Assembly (NCBI GenBank): GCA_965212025.1 | Contig: OZ243039.1 | Location: 1,135,705-1,199,704 of the forward strand | Direction of reading: 5' to 3' | Length of the DNA: 64,000 nucleotides | Origin: Candidatus Oxydemutatoraceae bacterium | GTDB taxonomy: Bacteria > Pseudomonadota > Gammaproteobacteria > Poriferisulfidales > Oxydemutatoraceae | Shown here: in pieces, positions 30,386-39,829 of the stretch | Layout: the number at the start of each line of letters is the position of its first letter | Position numbering within the stretch: the first letter of the stretch is position 1 | Made by a program: the position numbers and the translations under genes | Notes under the pieces: model-generated | What the model saw: the letters and a program-made list of their open reading frames with translations, nothing else | What the model was told of the DNA's origin: nothing | Databases searched by the model: none

Positions 30386-30619
30386 GAGCGCGCTGCGCCT
30401 TTTTCGGTAGACGATTCCTTGTTTTTCTGCTTCGGTGCCCTTGGCGCAGTACAATCAGACCGTGTCTTTGGCAATGTCGTAGCCAGGTCGCAATGCTCTC
30501 GGACAGGTGCCAGAAATCGCGTGCTGTGCGTTGCTTGCCAGAGAAAATGCGAACATAATCACTTTCCGCATAACGCTTTAGTCGTGTGTGGTTCATCATG
30601 TCAGAAGCGGGGGCTTGGG

Positions 30620-30979
30620 ATGACAAAAATGTTGCTGATACCGGGTCGTTCCCGAAACCAAGGTATCGCGCTCAACGCCGGAAAATTGGGGGAGAAATAT
30701 CTGGATGTAACGTCCACGCTGGAAATGAATGAATCTGATATGCAGAAACTTGGGATTGAGAAAGGTGGCAAAGTTCGGTTGTCTTCGGTTGTCGGCGAAG
30801 TGGTGGTGAGTTGCGTGCCCCGAAAGGATGCTGATTTGCCTTCCGGCCTGCTGTTTATTGCTTATGGTCCGACTTCGAGCCAGTTGATGCCGAGTGATAC
30901 TGCAGGCAGTGGTATGCCGTTGTCGAAGCAGCTGGAAGTCACAGTTGAAAGGTGCGATGGTGCAGACATCGGGGAGTAA
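30620..30979 (+). CDS. Formylmethanofuran dehydrogenase subunit D-like (molybdopterin-dinucleotide-binding domain) protein
   Basis: A ~120-aa small beta-barrel sequence 'MTKMLLIPGRSRNQGIALNAGKLGEKY...GEVVVSCVPRKDADLPSGLLFIAYGP' of FwdD/FmdD type, directly upstream of the fwdB/fhcB homolog. Confidence 0.65.
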   Translation: MTKMLLIPGRSRNQGIALNAGKLGEKYLDVTSTLEMNESDMQKLGIEKGGKVRLSSVVGEVVVSCVPRKDADLPSGLLFIAYGPTSSQLMPSDTAGSGMPLSKQLEVTVERCDGADIGE

Positions 30980-30994
30980 ACAGGAGGAAAAATA

Positions 30995-32341
30995 ATGCTG
31001 GAAACCGCAACTAAAATCGAAAAAATAAAGGTCGTGAGTGACGCTACTTGCACCTTTTGTGGGTGCGTATGCGATGACATGGAGCTGACGGTGGATCTGG
31101 AGCAGAATCGAATTACCAAAGCCAAAAATGCCTGCTTTCTGGGAAGAGCGTGGTTTGCCGGACACGTGGTAGACAAAAGCCGACCGGTGGCCACCATTGA
31201 TGGGTGTCCTGCTACTCTTAAAGAAGCTTCTGCTGTGGCGGCCAGCATTTTGCACGAGGCGAGGTGTCCGATCATTTATGGTTTAAGCGATACCACTTGC
31301 GAGGCACAGCGCCAGGCAGTTGCGATTGGCGATTTCATTAAAGGCAACGTGGATACCACGACTTCTGTTTGCCACGGCCCTTCGGGGATCGCGTTTCAGG
31401 ATGTCGGGGAGAGCACGGCGACACTTGGAGAAGTCAAGAATCGTGCCGACTTGGTTATTTATTGGGGTGGCAATCCTGCTGAATCCCATCCCCGCCATTT
31501 CACGCGTTATGCGGTTACGCCCAAAGGCATGTTCACGCCGAACGGAAAAAGAGATCGTACCGTGGTGTTGGTTGATGTGCGCAAAACGCCAAGCGCACCG
31601 GTTGCTGATATATTTTTACGCGTAAAACCTGTGCGGGATTTTGAATTGCTTTGGATTTTGCGGGCGATGGTTAAAGGCGTGAAGGTGGCAGTAGACGTCG
31701 AGGAATTGACTGGGATCAGTCGGGAGGTGCTTGAAGACTTGGTTGGGCGCATGAAAAGCTGTCGTTATGGGGTTATATTTTTTGGCATGGGGCTGACGAT
31801 GACCCGTGGTCGACATTTCAATTCCGGTGCAGTCTTGTCGCTGACGGCGGATTTGAATGACTTTACACACTTCGTTGCCATGCCGGTTCGCGGACATGGC
31901 AACGTCACGGGTGCCGATAACGTGCTTTCCTGGCAAACCGGCTATCCTTTCGGGGTGAACTTTAACCGTGGATACCCGCGTTTTAACCCCGGAGAGTTCA
32001 CGACCGTCGACATGTTGGCAAGAGGAGAAGCGGACAGCGCTTTGATTGTTGCTACAGATCCCGCAGCCAATTTCCCGGCTCGGGCCATTGACCATCTGAA
32101 AAAAATCCCCCTTGTCGTGCTGGATACCAAAGAAACAGCGACAACGAAACTTGCCCGTGTCGCATTCAATGTGGCGACTTATGGCATCAATACGGGGGGA
32201 ACGGTCTACCGGATGGACAATGTGCCGATCAGTCTCCGTCCGGCTTTGGCGTCTCCATTTCCTGGAGACCAGGAAGTGCTGACCTCGATTCTTGATGACT
32301 TGCGCAAGTTGCGGCGAGCAGAGGTCAAGCTCGCAAGTTGA
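30995..32341 (+). CDS. fhcB: Formyltransferase/hydrolase complex subunit B (FwdB homolog)
   Basis: 'CTFCGCVCDDMEL' is the N-terminal Cys cluster typical of FwdB/FhcB. The protein is 448 aa and lies in the fhc cluster with fwdA, ftr and fwdC homologs. Confidence 0.8.
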   Translation: MLETATKIEKIKVVSDATCTFCGCVCDDMELTVDLEQNRITKAKNACFLGRAWFAGHVVDKSRPVATIDGCPATLKEASAVAASILHEARCPIIYGLSDTTCEAQRQAVAIGDFIKGNVDTTTSVCHGPSGIAFQDVGESTATLGEVKNRADLVIYWGGNPAESHPRHFTRYAVTPKGMFTPNGKRDRTVVLVDVRKTPSAPVADIFLRVKPVRDFELLWILRAMVKGVKVAVDVEELTGISREVLEDLVGRMKSCRYGVIFFGMGLTMTRGRHFNSGAVLSLTADLNDFTHFVAMPVRGHGNVTGADNVLSWQTGYPFGVNFNRGYPRFNPGEFTTVDMLARGEADSALIVATDPAANFPARAIDHLKKIPLVVLDTKETATTKLARVAFNVATYGINTGGTVYRMDNVPISLRPALASPFPGDQEVLTSILDDLRKLRRAEVKLAS

Positions 32342-32407
32342 TCCTGTTCCGTTATGCTTCGGTCTGGCTGCCGAGTGAGCGGCTACTTTTTGCCTTGTAA
32401 ATAGTAA

Positions 32408-34051
32408 ATGTCCGAATTTGTGATTTCCGGAGGGCGGGTTTATGACCCTGCCAATGGCATCAACGGCGAAGTACGCGATGTCTGCGTGCGCGACGGAAAG
32501 ATCGCTGTATCGGTTGCTGCCTCTGCGCTGAAAATCAACGTTGCAGGGATGGTGGTGATGCCCGGCGGCGTTGATATTCATTGTCATATTGCTGGGCCAA
32601 AAGTTAACCTGGCGCGCAAGTTGATGCCTGAAGACCACCGACTGGATATCCATCCCGGGACGCCTGTTACCCGCTCCGGCAGTGGTGGCGTCGTTCCCTC
32701 CACTTTTGTGACCGGTTATCGCTACGCCACGCTCGGATACACCACCGCAATGGAGGCCGCCGTGCCGCCGCTTTTTGCCAGGCACGTATTGGAAGAGCTC
32801 TGGGATACACCGGTGATCGACAAAGGTTTTTATGTGCTACTCGGCAATAACTGCTTTCTTTATAGCTTGTTGCAGAAAAACCGGACTCAGGATTTCCAAA
32901 ATGCGGTTTCCTGGTGGCTGAACGCTACGAAGTCCTATGCTGTGAAACTGGTGAATCCCTGCGGGGATGAATTGTGGAAAGGAAAAAGAAATGCGAACGT
33001 GACTGACATCAACACGGTGGTCGAGCCCTTTCAATTGACCCCTTTGCATGTCATCTCAGCTTTTGTGGAAGCTGCGAATGCCTTGGGCTTGCCGCATCCT
33101 CCCCACGTTCACTGCAACAATCTCGGGCACAGCGGGAATATACATACCACGCTGGAAACCATGAAAGCGGCAGGAGGGTTGCCTATCCACATTGCCCATT
33201 CACAATTTCACAGCTTTGCCGGGGAAATCGGCAAAAACCCGGTGTCCGGGGCGCAACAGATTATTGAGTACATCAATTCTCATCCGAATGTCACCACGGA
33301 TGTCGGCCAGGTGATGTTCGGGAAGGCGGTTGCCACGACTGCAGACGCGCCGCTGACATGGATGCTGCGTAATGTGCAGAAAGCCAAATGGGTGAACGCT
33401 GACACCGAATGTGAAAGTGGTTGCGGAATCATGCCTTTTTCCTATCAGGAACATGTTTACACGCATGCCCTGCAATGGGCGATCGGCCTGGAACTGTTCC
33501 TGTTGTCAGAGGATCCCTGGAGGGTGGTGTTGTCTACGGATCACCCGAATGGTGGATCCTTCATGAATTACCCGAAATTGATACACCTGTTAATGGACAG
33601 CAATTTCAGGGCGGAAGAAATTAAGCGTCTGCACCCGAAGATCAGGCAGACGACAGGTCTTGCTAACATCAAGCGCGAATACACTTTGCAAGAAATTGCC
33701 ATCATCACAAGGGCCGGTCCGGCGCGCATACTGGGGATGCGCAACAAGGGACATTTGGGTGCAGGTGCGGATGCGGACATCACGGTTTACACGGAAGACA
33801 CTGATCGCGAGAAAATGTTCAACGCACCACGCTATGTCTTCAAGGACGGTCATGCGATTATTAAAGATCACGAGTTTTCGCGTGATTATTATGGTCGCTT
33901 GCTGCACGTTGAGCCGAGTTACGATAAAAAAATTGAGGACGCGATCCGGCCGTTTTTTGATGATTACTACACAGTTCGATTTAACAACTATGCCATTCAG
34001 GATGATTTGCTCCATGAGCATACGGTCGTTCCGGTGCTCAACAAGTCTTAG
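32408..34051 (+). CDS. fhcA: Formyltransferase/hydrolase complex subunit A (FwdA-like amidohydrolase)
   Basis: 'MSEFVISGGRVYDPANG...MPGGVDIHCHIAGPKVN' is a metal-dependent amidohydrolase of FwdA type, 547 aa. Confidence 0.85.
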   Translation: MSEFVISGGRVYDPANGINGEVRDVCVRDGKIAVSVAASALKINVAGMVVMPGGVDIHCHIAGPKVNLARKLMPEDHRLDIHPGTPVTRSGSGGVVPSTFVTGYRYATLGYTTAMEAAVPPLFARHVLEELWDTPVIDKGFYVLLGNNCFLYSLLQKNRTQDFQNAVSWWLNATKSYAVKLVNPCGDELWKGKRNANVTDINTVVEPFQLTPLHVISAFVEAANALGLPHPPHVHCNNLGHSGNIHTTLETMKAAGGLPIHIAHSQFHSFAGEIGKNPVSGAQQIIEYINSHPNVTTDVGQVMFGKAVATTADAPLTWMLRNVQKAKWVNADTECESGCGIMPFSYQEHVYTHALQWAIGLELFLLSEDPWRVVLSTDHPNGGSFMNYPKLIHLLMDSNFRAEEIKRLHPKIRQTTGLANIKREYTLQEIAIITRAGPARILGMRNKGHLGAGADADITVYTEDTDREKMFNAPRYVFKDGHAIIKDHEFSRDYYGRLLHVEPSYDKKIEDAIRPFFDDYYTVRFNNYAIQDDLLHEHTVVPVLNKS

Positions 34052-34056
34052 TACTC

Positions 34057-34971
34057 ATGAGTGATATGAAAATTGGCAGAACCGTCGTAAGAGACAGTTT
34101 CGCTGAAGCATTTGAGATGTGGGGTGCGAGAATCATCATTACGGCCGAAACCAAGGAATGGGCTCTTGCTGCCGGGCAATCCATGACGGGCTTCGCGACT
34201 TCAGTCATTCGTTGCAAATGCGAAGCAGCCATGGAGTGCGAAGTTGCGGCTTCGAACACATTGGACAACCGACCTGGAGTCAGTGTGCTGTTGTTTGCCA
34301 TGGCCGAGAAATCCATGAGTGATCGCTTGGTGGAACGTATCGGCCAATGCGTCATGACCTGCCCGACCACGGCTTGCTATTCTGGTTTGGAGGCCGAAAA
34401 AAAAGTGCCGGTGGGTTCGCGTTTGCGCTATTTTGGGGACGGACACCAGATTTCCAAAGTTATTTCCGGCCGGCGGTTCTGGCGTATTCCGGTTATGGAA
34501 GGGGAGTTTTTGGTTGAATCCGAGTTCGGCGTCAAGACCACGGTTGGTGGTGGCAATTTGTTGTTTCTTGGCAAGGATCAGAAAAGTGCTTTGAATGCTT
34601 CAATGGCCGCGGTGGTTGCGATGAAGGAAATTGCTGGAGTGTTCCTGCCTTTCCCGCAAGGGGTGGTCAGGTCAGGCAGCAAGATAGGTGCGAAATACAA
34701 AGGTCTGATTGCTTCCACAAATGATGCCTACTGTCCGACTTTGCGGGGGCAGTGTTTGAACACAGAGGTTCCGGACGGTATCGAAGCTGTGTACGAGATC
34801 GTGGTAAACGGCTTGAGCCTGGACATGGTCAGAAAAGCAATGCGCAGTGGGATCATCGCCGCAGCAGAACAGGGGATAGAGTTTATTTCAGCTGGCAACT
34901 ATGGTGGCACGCTCGGAAAATACCAGATACATCTGCGCGAGTTACTTGCTGTTGGTGCATCGAAGGACTGA
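34057..34971 (+). CDS. fhcD: Formylmethanofuran:tetrahydromethanopterin formyltransferase
   Basis: 'MSDMKIGRTVVRDSFAEAFEMWGARIIITAE' is the Ftr-family N-terminus. The protein is 304 aa. Confidence 0.85.
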   Translation: MSDMKIGRTVVRDSFAEAFEMWGARIIITAETKEWALAAGQSMTGFATSVIRCKCEAAMECEVAASNTLDNRPGVSVLLFAMAEKSMSDRLVERIGQCVMTCPTTACYSGLEAEKKVPVGSRLRYFGDGHQISKVISGRRFWRIPVMEGEFLVESEFGVKTTVGGGNLLFLGKDQKSALNASMAAVVAMKEIAGVFLPFPQGVVRSGSKIGAKYKGLIASTNDAYCPTLRGQCLNTEVPDGIEAVYEIVVNGLSLDMVRKAMRSGIIAAAEQGIEFISAGNYGGTLGKYQIHLRELLAVGASKD

Positions 34972-35780
34972 TGGAAACCACGCTACTTTTGTCTCAGCAG
35001 CCTGAAGTGCCCCTTGAGGCCGAATGCGTTAACCCGAAGCTTTTTTCCACCCTTTCACAATCTGGCATAGAACGTTTGAGCGTGATGCACGGTAATCGTC
35101 AGGCGCAATTGGGCGATTTTTTCCAGGTTCGAGGCAGTGGTTGCGAGACGATCCGCCTTGAAGGGGATCTTTCACAAGTCAAATTAATCGGTGCCGGAAT
35201 GAGCAGTGGCCGGATAGAGATTTACGGCAATGTGGGGATGCATCTCGGTGCCGGGATTTCAGGCGGGGAAATTCTGGTGCACGGTGATGCGTCAGATTGG
35301 GTCGGGCCGGAAATGCAAGGTGGAAGAATAACGGTTTTCGGTAATGCCGGGCACATGGTGGGTAGCGCGTACCGAGGACAAGTCTTCGGCATGACGGGGG
35401 GTGAGATTTTTATCCATGGGAGCGCGAAAAACGAAGTTGGCGGAGGTATGCGTCGTGGCTTGATCGTTGTCGGTGGTAGTTGCGGTGACTTTGGCGGTGT
35501 CAACATGGGAGCTGGCACGATCGTCGTTTTGGGGACACCCGGAATACGTTGGGGTGCTGGTATGAAAAGAGGGAGCATCGTGTTTCTGGAGCGAGCAGAG
35601 GTGTTGCCCAGCTTTTCATCCGCCGGTGTTTTTCATCCGGTTTTTCTGCGTTTTTACCTGTCGTATTTACGCAAGCAAGGTTTTGTGCTTGAAGATCACC
35701 ACATCAGCGGAAAATACAGCCGTTGGACCGGGGACGGTGTGGTCATGAACAAAGGGGAAATACTGCTTTACCATGCCTGA
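34971..35780 (+). CDS. fhcC: Formyltransferase/hydrolase complex subunit C (FwdC homolog)
   Basis: Repeated 'G..G..I.V.G.AG...G..M.GG.I.V.G' beta-helix repeats typical of FwdC/GltB C-terminal-domain proteins. The ATG at 34971 overlaps the fhcD stop (TGATG). Confidence 0.8.
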   Translation: METTLLLSQQPEVPLEAECVNPKLFSTLSQSGIERLSVMHGNRQAQLGDFFQVRGSGCETIRLEGDLSQVKLIGAGMSSGRIEIYGNVGMHLGAGISGGEILVHGDASDWVGPEMQGGRITVFGNAGHMVGSAYRGQVFGMTGGEIFIHGSAKNEVGGGMRRGLIVVGGSCGDFGGVNMGAGTIVVLGTPGIRWGAGMKRGSIVFLERAEVLPSFSSAGVFHPVFLRFYLSYLRKQGFVLEDHHISGKYSRWTGDGVVMNKGEILLYHA

Positions 35781-35906
35781 GGCTTGGTTTTTTTGTGTGG
35801 TTGATTTTTGAATGGCCATACAGTTTTTTTCATTGGATGCCGGAGCGACTGACAGGTTGTTCCAGCGCGAATTTTGTTGGGGGTCTTCCCCGGAGGAGTA
35901 TAAGCG

Positions 35907-36212
35907 ATGACCACAGTTGTGACAGATAACTGCAAAAATTGCCGTTTTACAGACTGTGTTACGGTCTGTCCCGTAGCGTGTTTTCACTATGATAACAAAA
36001 TGCTTTACATTGATCCGGATGTTTGCATTGACTGTGGTGCATGCATCCCTGAGTGCCCGGTGGAAGCAATCTATGAGGAGGATGACTTGCCAGATGACAA
36101 GCGTGAATGGGTGCAGATCAACGCGGAAAAAGCTCCGGACCTTCCGTGCATTGAAGATGCAATGGATCCTTTGCCTGGAGCTGAAGAACGTAAAAGTGAA
36201 CTAGGCTTTTGA
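35907..36212 (+). CDS. fdxA: Ferredoxin (7Fe, FdxA type)
   Basis: Two Cys clusters, 'CKNCRFTDCVTVCP' and 'CIDCGACIPECP'; 101 aa. Confidence 0.88.
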   Translation: MTTVVTDNCKNCRFTDCVTVCPVACFHYDNKMLYIDPDVCIDCGACIPECPVEAIYEEDDLPDDKREWVQINAEKAPDLPCIEDAMDPLPGAEERKSELGF

Positions 36213-36236
36213 TGCCTGGTTGTCTTTAGCCGGGAT

Positions 36237-37649
36237 GTGGCTATGAGCGTAGCGCTGGCTACTGCCGGGATGCCGTTAAAGGTTGCCGTTGTGGGCAGTG
36301 GCCCGAGCGGGTTTTATGCGGCTGAGGCTCTGTTGAAGTCACCGCATGAGGTGCATGTTGATCTCCTGGAGTACCTGCCCACCCCGTTTGGCTTGGTCAG
36401 AAGTGGCGTGGCTCCTGACCATCAGAAATTGAAAGGAGCTATCAAGGTTTACGAAGGGATTGCCGAGCATGAGAAGCTGCGATTTTTTGGGAATGTGAAA
36501 GTAGGAAGGGACATTGTTGCCGAAGAGCTGTCCAGAATGTATCACGCTGTTATTTATACCTGCGGTGCTGAAACCGATCGAAAATTAGCGATACCGGGAG
36601 AGGATTTGCCCGGCAGCCATACGGCAACTGAGTTTGTGGGTTGGTATAACGGGCATCCGGACTACCAGGATTGCGTGTTTGATTTTTCTGCTCCCAACGC
36701 GGTGATTATCGGTCAGGGAAACGTTGCTGCGGATGTGGCGAGAATTCTTGCAAAGACTCCGGAAGAGCTCATGCATACTGACATCACTGAAAACGCTTTG
36801 CGTATTTTACGCGGTAGCAAAATCCGCAATATTTACATTATTGGGCGGCGCGGTGTGACGCAGGCAAAATTTTCGCCCAAAGAGCTTCGGGAATTCCTGG
36901 ATCTGAAAGATTGCGCTCCGTACGTAGACCCTGAAGATTTGGAACTCAATGAAGCCAGCCGTGTCGAGGTAGAAAGTCGGGAGGGAGGGCAAGCGAAAAA
37001 AAACCACCGGATTTTCCAGCAGTTTTCCGAGGTGGAAAATAATGGAAAGTCACGCGTTAGCCGCTTTACTTTTTTAAAGAGTCCAGTTTGCCTGAAAGGT
37101 GAAGACCGCGTCAGGAAAGTGATTCTGGAAAAAAACGAGCTTAAAGGGGCAGCGTTTTCGCAATCTGCATACGGGACGGGGGAAAGGGTCAGTTTGGAAT
37201 GCGGGATTCTTTTCAGAAGCATTGGTTATCGAGGAGTCCCTATTTCCGGGGTTCCTTTCGATGCCCAATCCGGGACGATTCCGAATGAGTCCGGAAGGGT
37301 AACGTTTCATGACAAACACGCTTCCTTGGGGAGTACTTACGTTGCTGGCTGGATAAAGCGTGGACCAAGTGGCATTATTGGTACGAATCGTGCCTGCGCA
37401 GTGGAAACAGTGAAGACGCTTTTTGCTGACATGCTTTCCTGGCCAGACGAAAACCGCGATGGCGAGGATGCACTTTGCAATTTACTTAACGAACGGGCCG
37501 TTGCCTACCTGGATCATGCGCAGTGGAAAAAAATTGATACAGCGGAACGATTTGCCGGTGAAAAGAACGGCAAACCCCGGGAGAAGCTCACTACAGTGAA
37601 AGAGTTGGTTGAGGTGGCCAAGACCGCTTCCGGGGAAATGTTAAAATGA
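36237..37649 (+). CDS. fprA: Ferredoxin-NADP+ reductase (FprA / adrenodoxin-reductase-like FAD-dependent oxidoreductase)
   Basis: FAD-binding 'VAVVGSGPSGFYAAE' and NADP-binding 'AVIIGQGNVAADVARIL' Rossmann motifs. Adjacent to fdxA. Confidence 0.8.
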   Translation: MAMSVALATAGMPLKVAVVGSGPSGFYAAEALLKSPHEVHVDLLEYLPTPFGLVRSGVAPDHQKLKGAIKVYEGIAEHEKLRFFGNVKVGRDIVAEELSRMYHAVIYTCGAETDRKLAIPGEDLPGSHTATEFVGWYNGHPDYQDCVFDFSAPNAVIIGQGNVAADVARILAKTPEELMHTDITENALRILRGSKIRNIYIIGRRGVTQAKFSPKELREFLDLKDCAPYVDPEDLELNEASRVEVESREGGQAKKNHRIFQQFSEVENNGKSRVSRFTFLKSPVCLKGEDRVRKVILEKNELKGAAFSQSAYGTGERVSLECGILFRSIGYRGVPISGVPFDAQSGTIPNESGRVTFHDKHASLGSTYVAGWIKRGPSGIIGTNRACAVETVKTLFADMLSWPDENRDGEDALCNLLNERAVAYLDHAQWKKIDTAERFAGEKNGKPREKLTTVKELVEVAKTASGEMLK

Positions 37650-37826
37650 CCTTTCACGGTTGATTTGTCTGGCATGGTGGATATCTACAGTGGTACTTTT
37701 TGGTTCCTGTCACATACGCCTGAGCAGTGGCAATTGTCTGTTATGCGTCTTTTTATCCGTTCCAGGATGGTGTCTGTGATAGAATGATTGGAAAGTGGCA
37801 AGGTACTTAAATTTCAGAGGTACGGA

Positions 37827-39758
37827 ATGAATATTTACTCGGTGGAAGAAATACAAAACGTGAAGGACAGGTTTGACGTTTGTGCAGAAGTAGCCCGGAA
37901 GCTGAACAGAGATAGTGTTAGTGGCGAAAAGAAGTGGGGACGTATTGTTTTAGGGGCTGATGGATATCCAGAGGTTCACGTAGCCAAGAGTGCCAAGGGC
38001 AAGGTTTGGCACTTCTTGAAGGTGACAGTGCTCAGGCCTTATATGTATTACCAGAATTACAAGTTGCTGAAGAATCTTGAGTCTTCAGTCCGCGAGTGCT
38101 TTGGAGAAGACCATAGGGAGAATGCCGCCAAGGAGATCCGTGAAATTGCAGCAATGGCATCAGTCGCTTCAAAGAGCAGGAAGCCTTATATGGGTTCTTA
38201 CCAGAATTTCGCAGACTATGTTGCCGAATTTGCAGCCGCAGGAGGTCGTAAATTTCAAGCGATGGAGACAGAGGGTTCCTCTCCGATGGAAGTGAATGAT
38301 TTCACCGATAGGCGAGACCATGCTCCCCCGACGGAAGTGAATGACTCCACCGAGAGGAGAGCCCCTGCTCCCCCGACGGAAGTGAATGATTCCTCCATGA
38401 GTGGAGATAATAAACTCCGTGTTCCGTTAGAACTGGAACGGGCTGATGGTGAGGGAAATTTTGGTTCCAAGGAACAAGGCTTGATGGCTGGCTTGTCCAT
38501 GTTTGGTCAGAATCGGAACGACCAAAAGTCTAGGGAAGACATGCTGTCAGAGAGGAACGCGTTTTTACCGGGTGAGTCGTCTGAATTGTCAGAAGCGAAA
38601 CCGTTAATGAGAAGTAAAGGCAATCTGGGTAGGAGAAAATCTTTCTCAGGGTGGGGGTATCCGAAACAAGATGGCCAATCCAAGAATAGGCCTACTTCAA
38701 GAGTAGAAATAAAGTCGTTTTCGGAACGTCCTGGTTTGGTTGGGTTTGGTGCCAGCCCGATGAAGCGACGTTTAACGCGCACACCTGACGGAGGGGATTC
38801 TGTGTTTTCTGTTGATCTTGAACTGTCTGTAGATGAGCCGGAAAGACAGGGTACAGGCCACAAACCCTTCAACCCAGCATTGAAGAGACCCGGCAGCGCT
38901 GGCTATTTAAGAAGCAAATCCACATTTACGCCCACACTGCCCCGTCGGAGTGTACCACCCAGCCCGTCATTGAAGAGAGCCAGCAGCACTGGCCATTTAA
39001 GAGGCAGATCCACACTTATGTCCACACCCACACCGAGCCGACGAGCCGGGGCGGGTAGTACCGGTGATCTTTCCCGGACACTTAGGGTTGACGGTGGAAC
39101 AGTGTTTTTGCACGTTGGTAATCAACCAGCTGATAGCTTGTTAGGAGATGAAGATTTCGAAGGTAGAGCAAAAGGGTACCACACCGAGCGTGAAGGAAGG
39201 ATACGTACCAAAATACACAAATTTTCGCATTCATCAGTGTTTAGTGGAAAGTTGCATGGGAAAACGCTTGGCGCACTTTCCAAACGGCTCAATTTAGGAG
39301 TGAAAGCCGTGGTATTAAGATCTGTCAGTTTGTTAGATGATGGGAGGTTGGGATATGCCAATTATTGGGGTTTTATCAATTTTTTACAGCCTGGATACGG
39401 TCAAGGAGGGAAATCTGAACATGCCAAAGGTTCACGACTTGTCGGTATAAGGGTCAATTCGAGCGAGCTTCAATGCGAAGAGAGTGCGTTTTTCCCAGCA
39501 GCCTGGGAGGCCATGCTGGAATATGAAATTCTCCATAATCCAGTTGAGGGAGAAGCAACCAAACCAACATCAGATGTCAATACTGTGGTTACCCTTGCTT
39601 CAAAACTTTCGACCGGAAAGAGTAGTGGAAAAAAAATTATAACAAAAGGAGAAGATCTGGTAGATCCTCTTAAAATCATTTATGAAAAATATGTAACAGA
39701 TAATGAGGAAATCTTTGTTGAACAAGATGATAGGGAAGAAACTTTGACCCATCTATAA
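37827..39758 (+). CDS. Hypothetical protein (charged, no signal peptide/TM; S/P/R-rich low-complexity centre; possible secreted effector)
   Basis: Open frame from 37788 (TTG). The ATG at 37827 has a good SD (gaggtacgga ATG). Short imperfect repeats 'PMEVNDFTDRRD / APPTEVNDSTERRA / PAPPTEVNDSSMSG'. A central 'KRPGSAGYLRSKSTFTPTLPRRSVPPSPSLKRASSTGHLRGRSTLMSTPTPSRRAGAGSTG' segment looks like eukaryotic RxxS/T-P motifs. GC is markedly lower than the flanks. No recognisable domain. Confidence 0.6.
   Translation: MNIYSVEEIQNVKDRFDVCAEVARKLNRDSVSGEKKWGRIVLGADGYPEVHVAKSAKGKVWHFLKVTVLRPYMYYQNYKLLKNLESSVRECFGEDHRENAAKEIREIAAMASVASKSRKPYMGSYQNFADYVAEFAAAGGRKFQAMETEGSSPMEVNDFTDRRDHAPPTEVNDSTERRAPAPPTEVNDSSMSGDNKLRVPLELERADGEGNFGSKEQGLMAGLSMFGQNRNDQKSREDMLSERNAFLPGESSELSEAKPLMRSKGNLGRRKSFSGWGYPKQDGQSKNRPTSRVEIKSFSERPGLVGFGASPMKRRLTRTPDGGDSVFSVDLELSVDEPERQGTGHKPFNPALKRPGSAGYLRSKSTFTPTLPRRSVPPSPSLKRASSTGHLRGRSTLMSTPTPSRRAGAGSTGDLSRTLRVDGGTVFLHVGNQPADSLLGDEDFEGRAKGYHTEREGRIRTKIHKFSHSSVFSGKLHGKTLGALSKRLNLGVKAVVLRSVSLLDDGRLGYANYWGFINFLQPGYGQGGKSEHAKGSRLVGIRVNSSELQCEESAFFPAAWEAMLEYEILHNPVEGEATKPTSDVNTVVTLASKLSTGKSSGKKIITKGEDLVDPLKIIYEKYVTDNEEIFVEQDDREETLTHL
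38283..38400 (+). repeat. ~2.5 copies of a 42-bp imperfect tandem repeat inside the hypothetical gene
   Basis: '(gct)cccccgacggaagtgaatga[ct]tcc[at]ccgagaggaga' is seen twice fully and once partially, encoding the 'APPTEVNDST' peptide repeats. Confidence 0.7.
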
Positions 39759-39829
39759 AAGTTTGTAACAAGCTTCAATAAAATTGAGGTTTATTTGTTT
39801 TTAATGTAGGTATTGGGAGAGTTGTTTTA

